NCBI GenBank assembly: GCA_905182615.1
Contig: CAJJCG010000018.1
Span: 14,426-78,425, forward strand
Source of the DNA: Alphaproteobacteria bacterium UBA2964
Lineage (GTDB): Bacteria > Pseudomonadota > Alphaproteobacteria > MPNO01 > UBA2964
Direction of reading: 5' to 3'
DNA: 64,000 bases
How positions within the stretch are numbered: the first letter of the stretch is position 1; the number at the start of each line of letters is the position of its first letter. The notes below the pieces were generated by a model, which ran no database searches, was not told the origin of the DNA, and was given only the letters and a program-made list of their open reading frames with translations. Of this stretch, positions 63,348-64,000 are shown one piece after another. Both the position numbers and the translations under genes were made by a program.

Positions 63348-64000
63348 ATGGGAAAACTGACCGTTAGTCTGGCGTGCTGTAACTACGACCGCACGCGGGC
63401 GTTATTCGACGGAACGGTGGGTGTCGATGGCTGCGACGTTATCGCGAGCGAGATGTCCCCCGAAGAGGCCTTCCATCGCGCATTTAAGTATGAGGAGTTC
63501 GATATCACGGAACTCTCGATGTCGAGCTATATGAATGTTCAGTCCCGCGGCGGGAGCCCTTATATCGGCATTCCAGCCTTCGTTTCACGCCTTTTTCGTC
63601 ATTCTTCAATCTATATCCGCACGGATCGGGGCATAGAGAAGCCCGAAGATCTTGCGGGCAAGACGATCGGTGTTCCTGAATACCAGATGACTGCAGCCTT
63701 GTGGGTTCGTGGCATTCTCGAAGACGAATATGGCGTGAAAGCGTCTTCAATTCATTGGCGCAATGGTGGTTTGGAAGAAGGCGGGCGCGAGGAACGTGCC
63801 CCACTGCATTTGCCGGATGAGATTGACTTGCAAAGTATCCCAACTGACCAGACTCTCGCCGAACATCTCGACGAAGGAAAAGTCGATGCCGTGATTTCGG
63901 CCCGGGCACCGTCCAGCTATTACACCAACGACAATATCGAACGTCTGTTCCCGGACTATAAGTCGGCAGAGCAAGCCTATTACTCGAAAACCAGCATGTT
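63348..64000 (+). CDS. 4,5-dihydroxyphthalate-decarboxylase-like / NMT1-fold protein, 3' end outside window
   Basis: Absent from the ORF track because there is no stop inside the window. The ATG at 63348 follows AAAGGAGCGAGGA. MGKLTVSLACCNYDRTRALFDGTVGVDGCDV...PEEAFHRAFKYEEFDITELSMSSY matches the N-terminal pattern of this family. Confidence 0.7.
   Translation, partial: MGKLTVSLACCNYDRTRALFDGTVGVDGCDVIASEMSPEEAFHRAFKYEEFDITELSMSSYMNVQSRGGSPYIGIPAFVSRLFRHSSIYIRTDRGIEKPEDLAGKTIGVPEYQMTAALWVRGILEDEYGVKASSIHWRNGGLEEGGREERAPLHLPDEIDLQSIPTDQTLAEHLDEGKVDAVISARAPSSYYTNDNIERLFPDYKSAEQAYYSKTSM

Noticed and set aside
1-64000. Looked for CRISPR arrays, IS elements, transposases, integrases, phage genes, toxin-antitoxin pairs, restriction-modification genes and other defence-type genes (nucleases, helicases, STAND/AAA ATPases).
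   Set aside because: I saw no regularly spaced direct repeats. No ORF has motifs I could assign to these classes. The only methyltransferase (26913-27683) sits in a conserved housekeeping context and looks like a tRNA/rRNA-type NPPY enzyme, not an R-M component. This check was by eye and is not exhaustive.

Overview
All family calls come from reading motifs in the translated ORFs. No database search was run, so treat them as hypotheses of graded confidence.

The 64-kb window looks like an alphaproteobacterial chromosome. The support is glyQ-glyS synteny, the ispB / DUF2007 / NPPY-methyltransferase / S49-peptidase arrangement, a DUF1134 envelope protein, and a DinB with an N-terminal Cys4 extension.

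I can support about 60 intact CDS, one tRNA-Pro(CGG) and several decayed genes. I see no rRNA, CRISPR array, transposase, integrase, phage gene or recognisable defence gene.

Layout:
- A short housekeeping block (25.4-31.9 kb: tRNA-Pro, ispB, DUF2007, methyltransferase, S49 peptidase, glyQS) sits between two large tracts of accessory catabolic genes.
- The accessory tracts hold TauD/TfdA dioxygenases, ornithine-cyclodeaminase/mu-crystallin proteins, cupins, alpha/beta hydrolases, class II aldolases, a Rieske oxygenase, a luciferase-like monooxygenase, three xanthine-dehydrogenase-family molybdenum hydroxylase large subunits and a BisC-type molybdoenzyme.

Most interesting candidates:
1. A UbiD decarboxylase / Mo-hydroxylase large subunit / crotonase operon, divergent from a CoA-transferase. 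It copies the enzyme-family logic of the furoate/HMF pathway but lacks the expected partner subunits.
2. A six-gene TauD / OCD / AKR / CDO-like cupin / Asp-Glu-racemase-like / TauD cluster.
3. A PEP-mutase/isocitrate-lyase-family gene with LeuCD-like dehydratase and class II aldolase genes, reminiscent of dimethylmalate dehydratase/lyase.
4. A translationally coupled Rieske oxygenase plus glutamine-synthetase-like pair.
5. A tandem SDR-SDR fusion protein.
6. An MBL-hydrolase / DUF350 / membrane-anchored serine protease operon.

Two window-wide oddities stand out. There is no recognisable transcription factor in about 60 genes. There is also a set of gene remnants inactivated mostly by in-frame nonsense codons.

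None of these is a demonstrated new system. All need homology searches and experiments.
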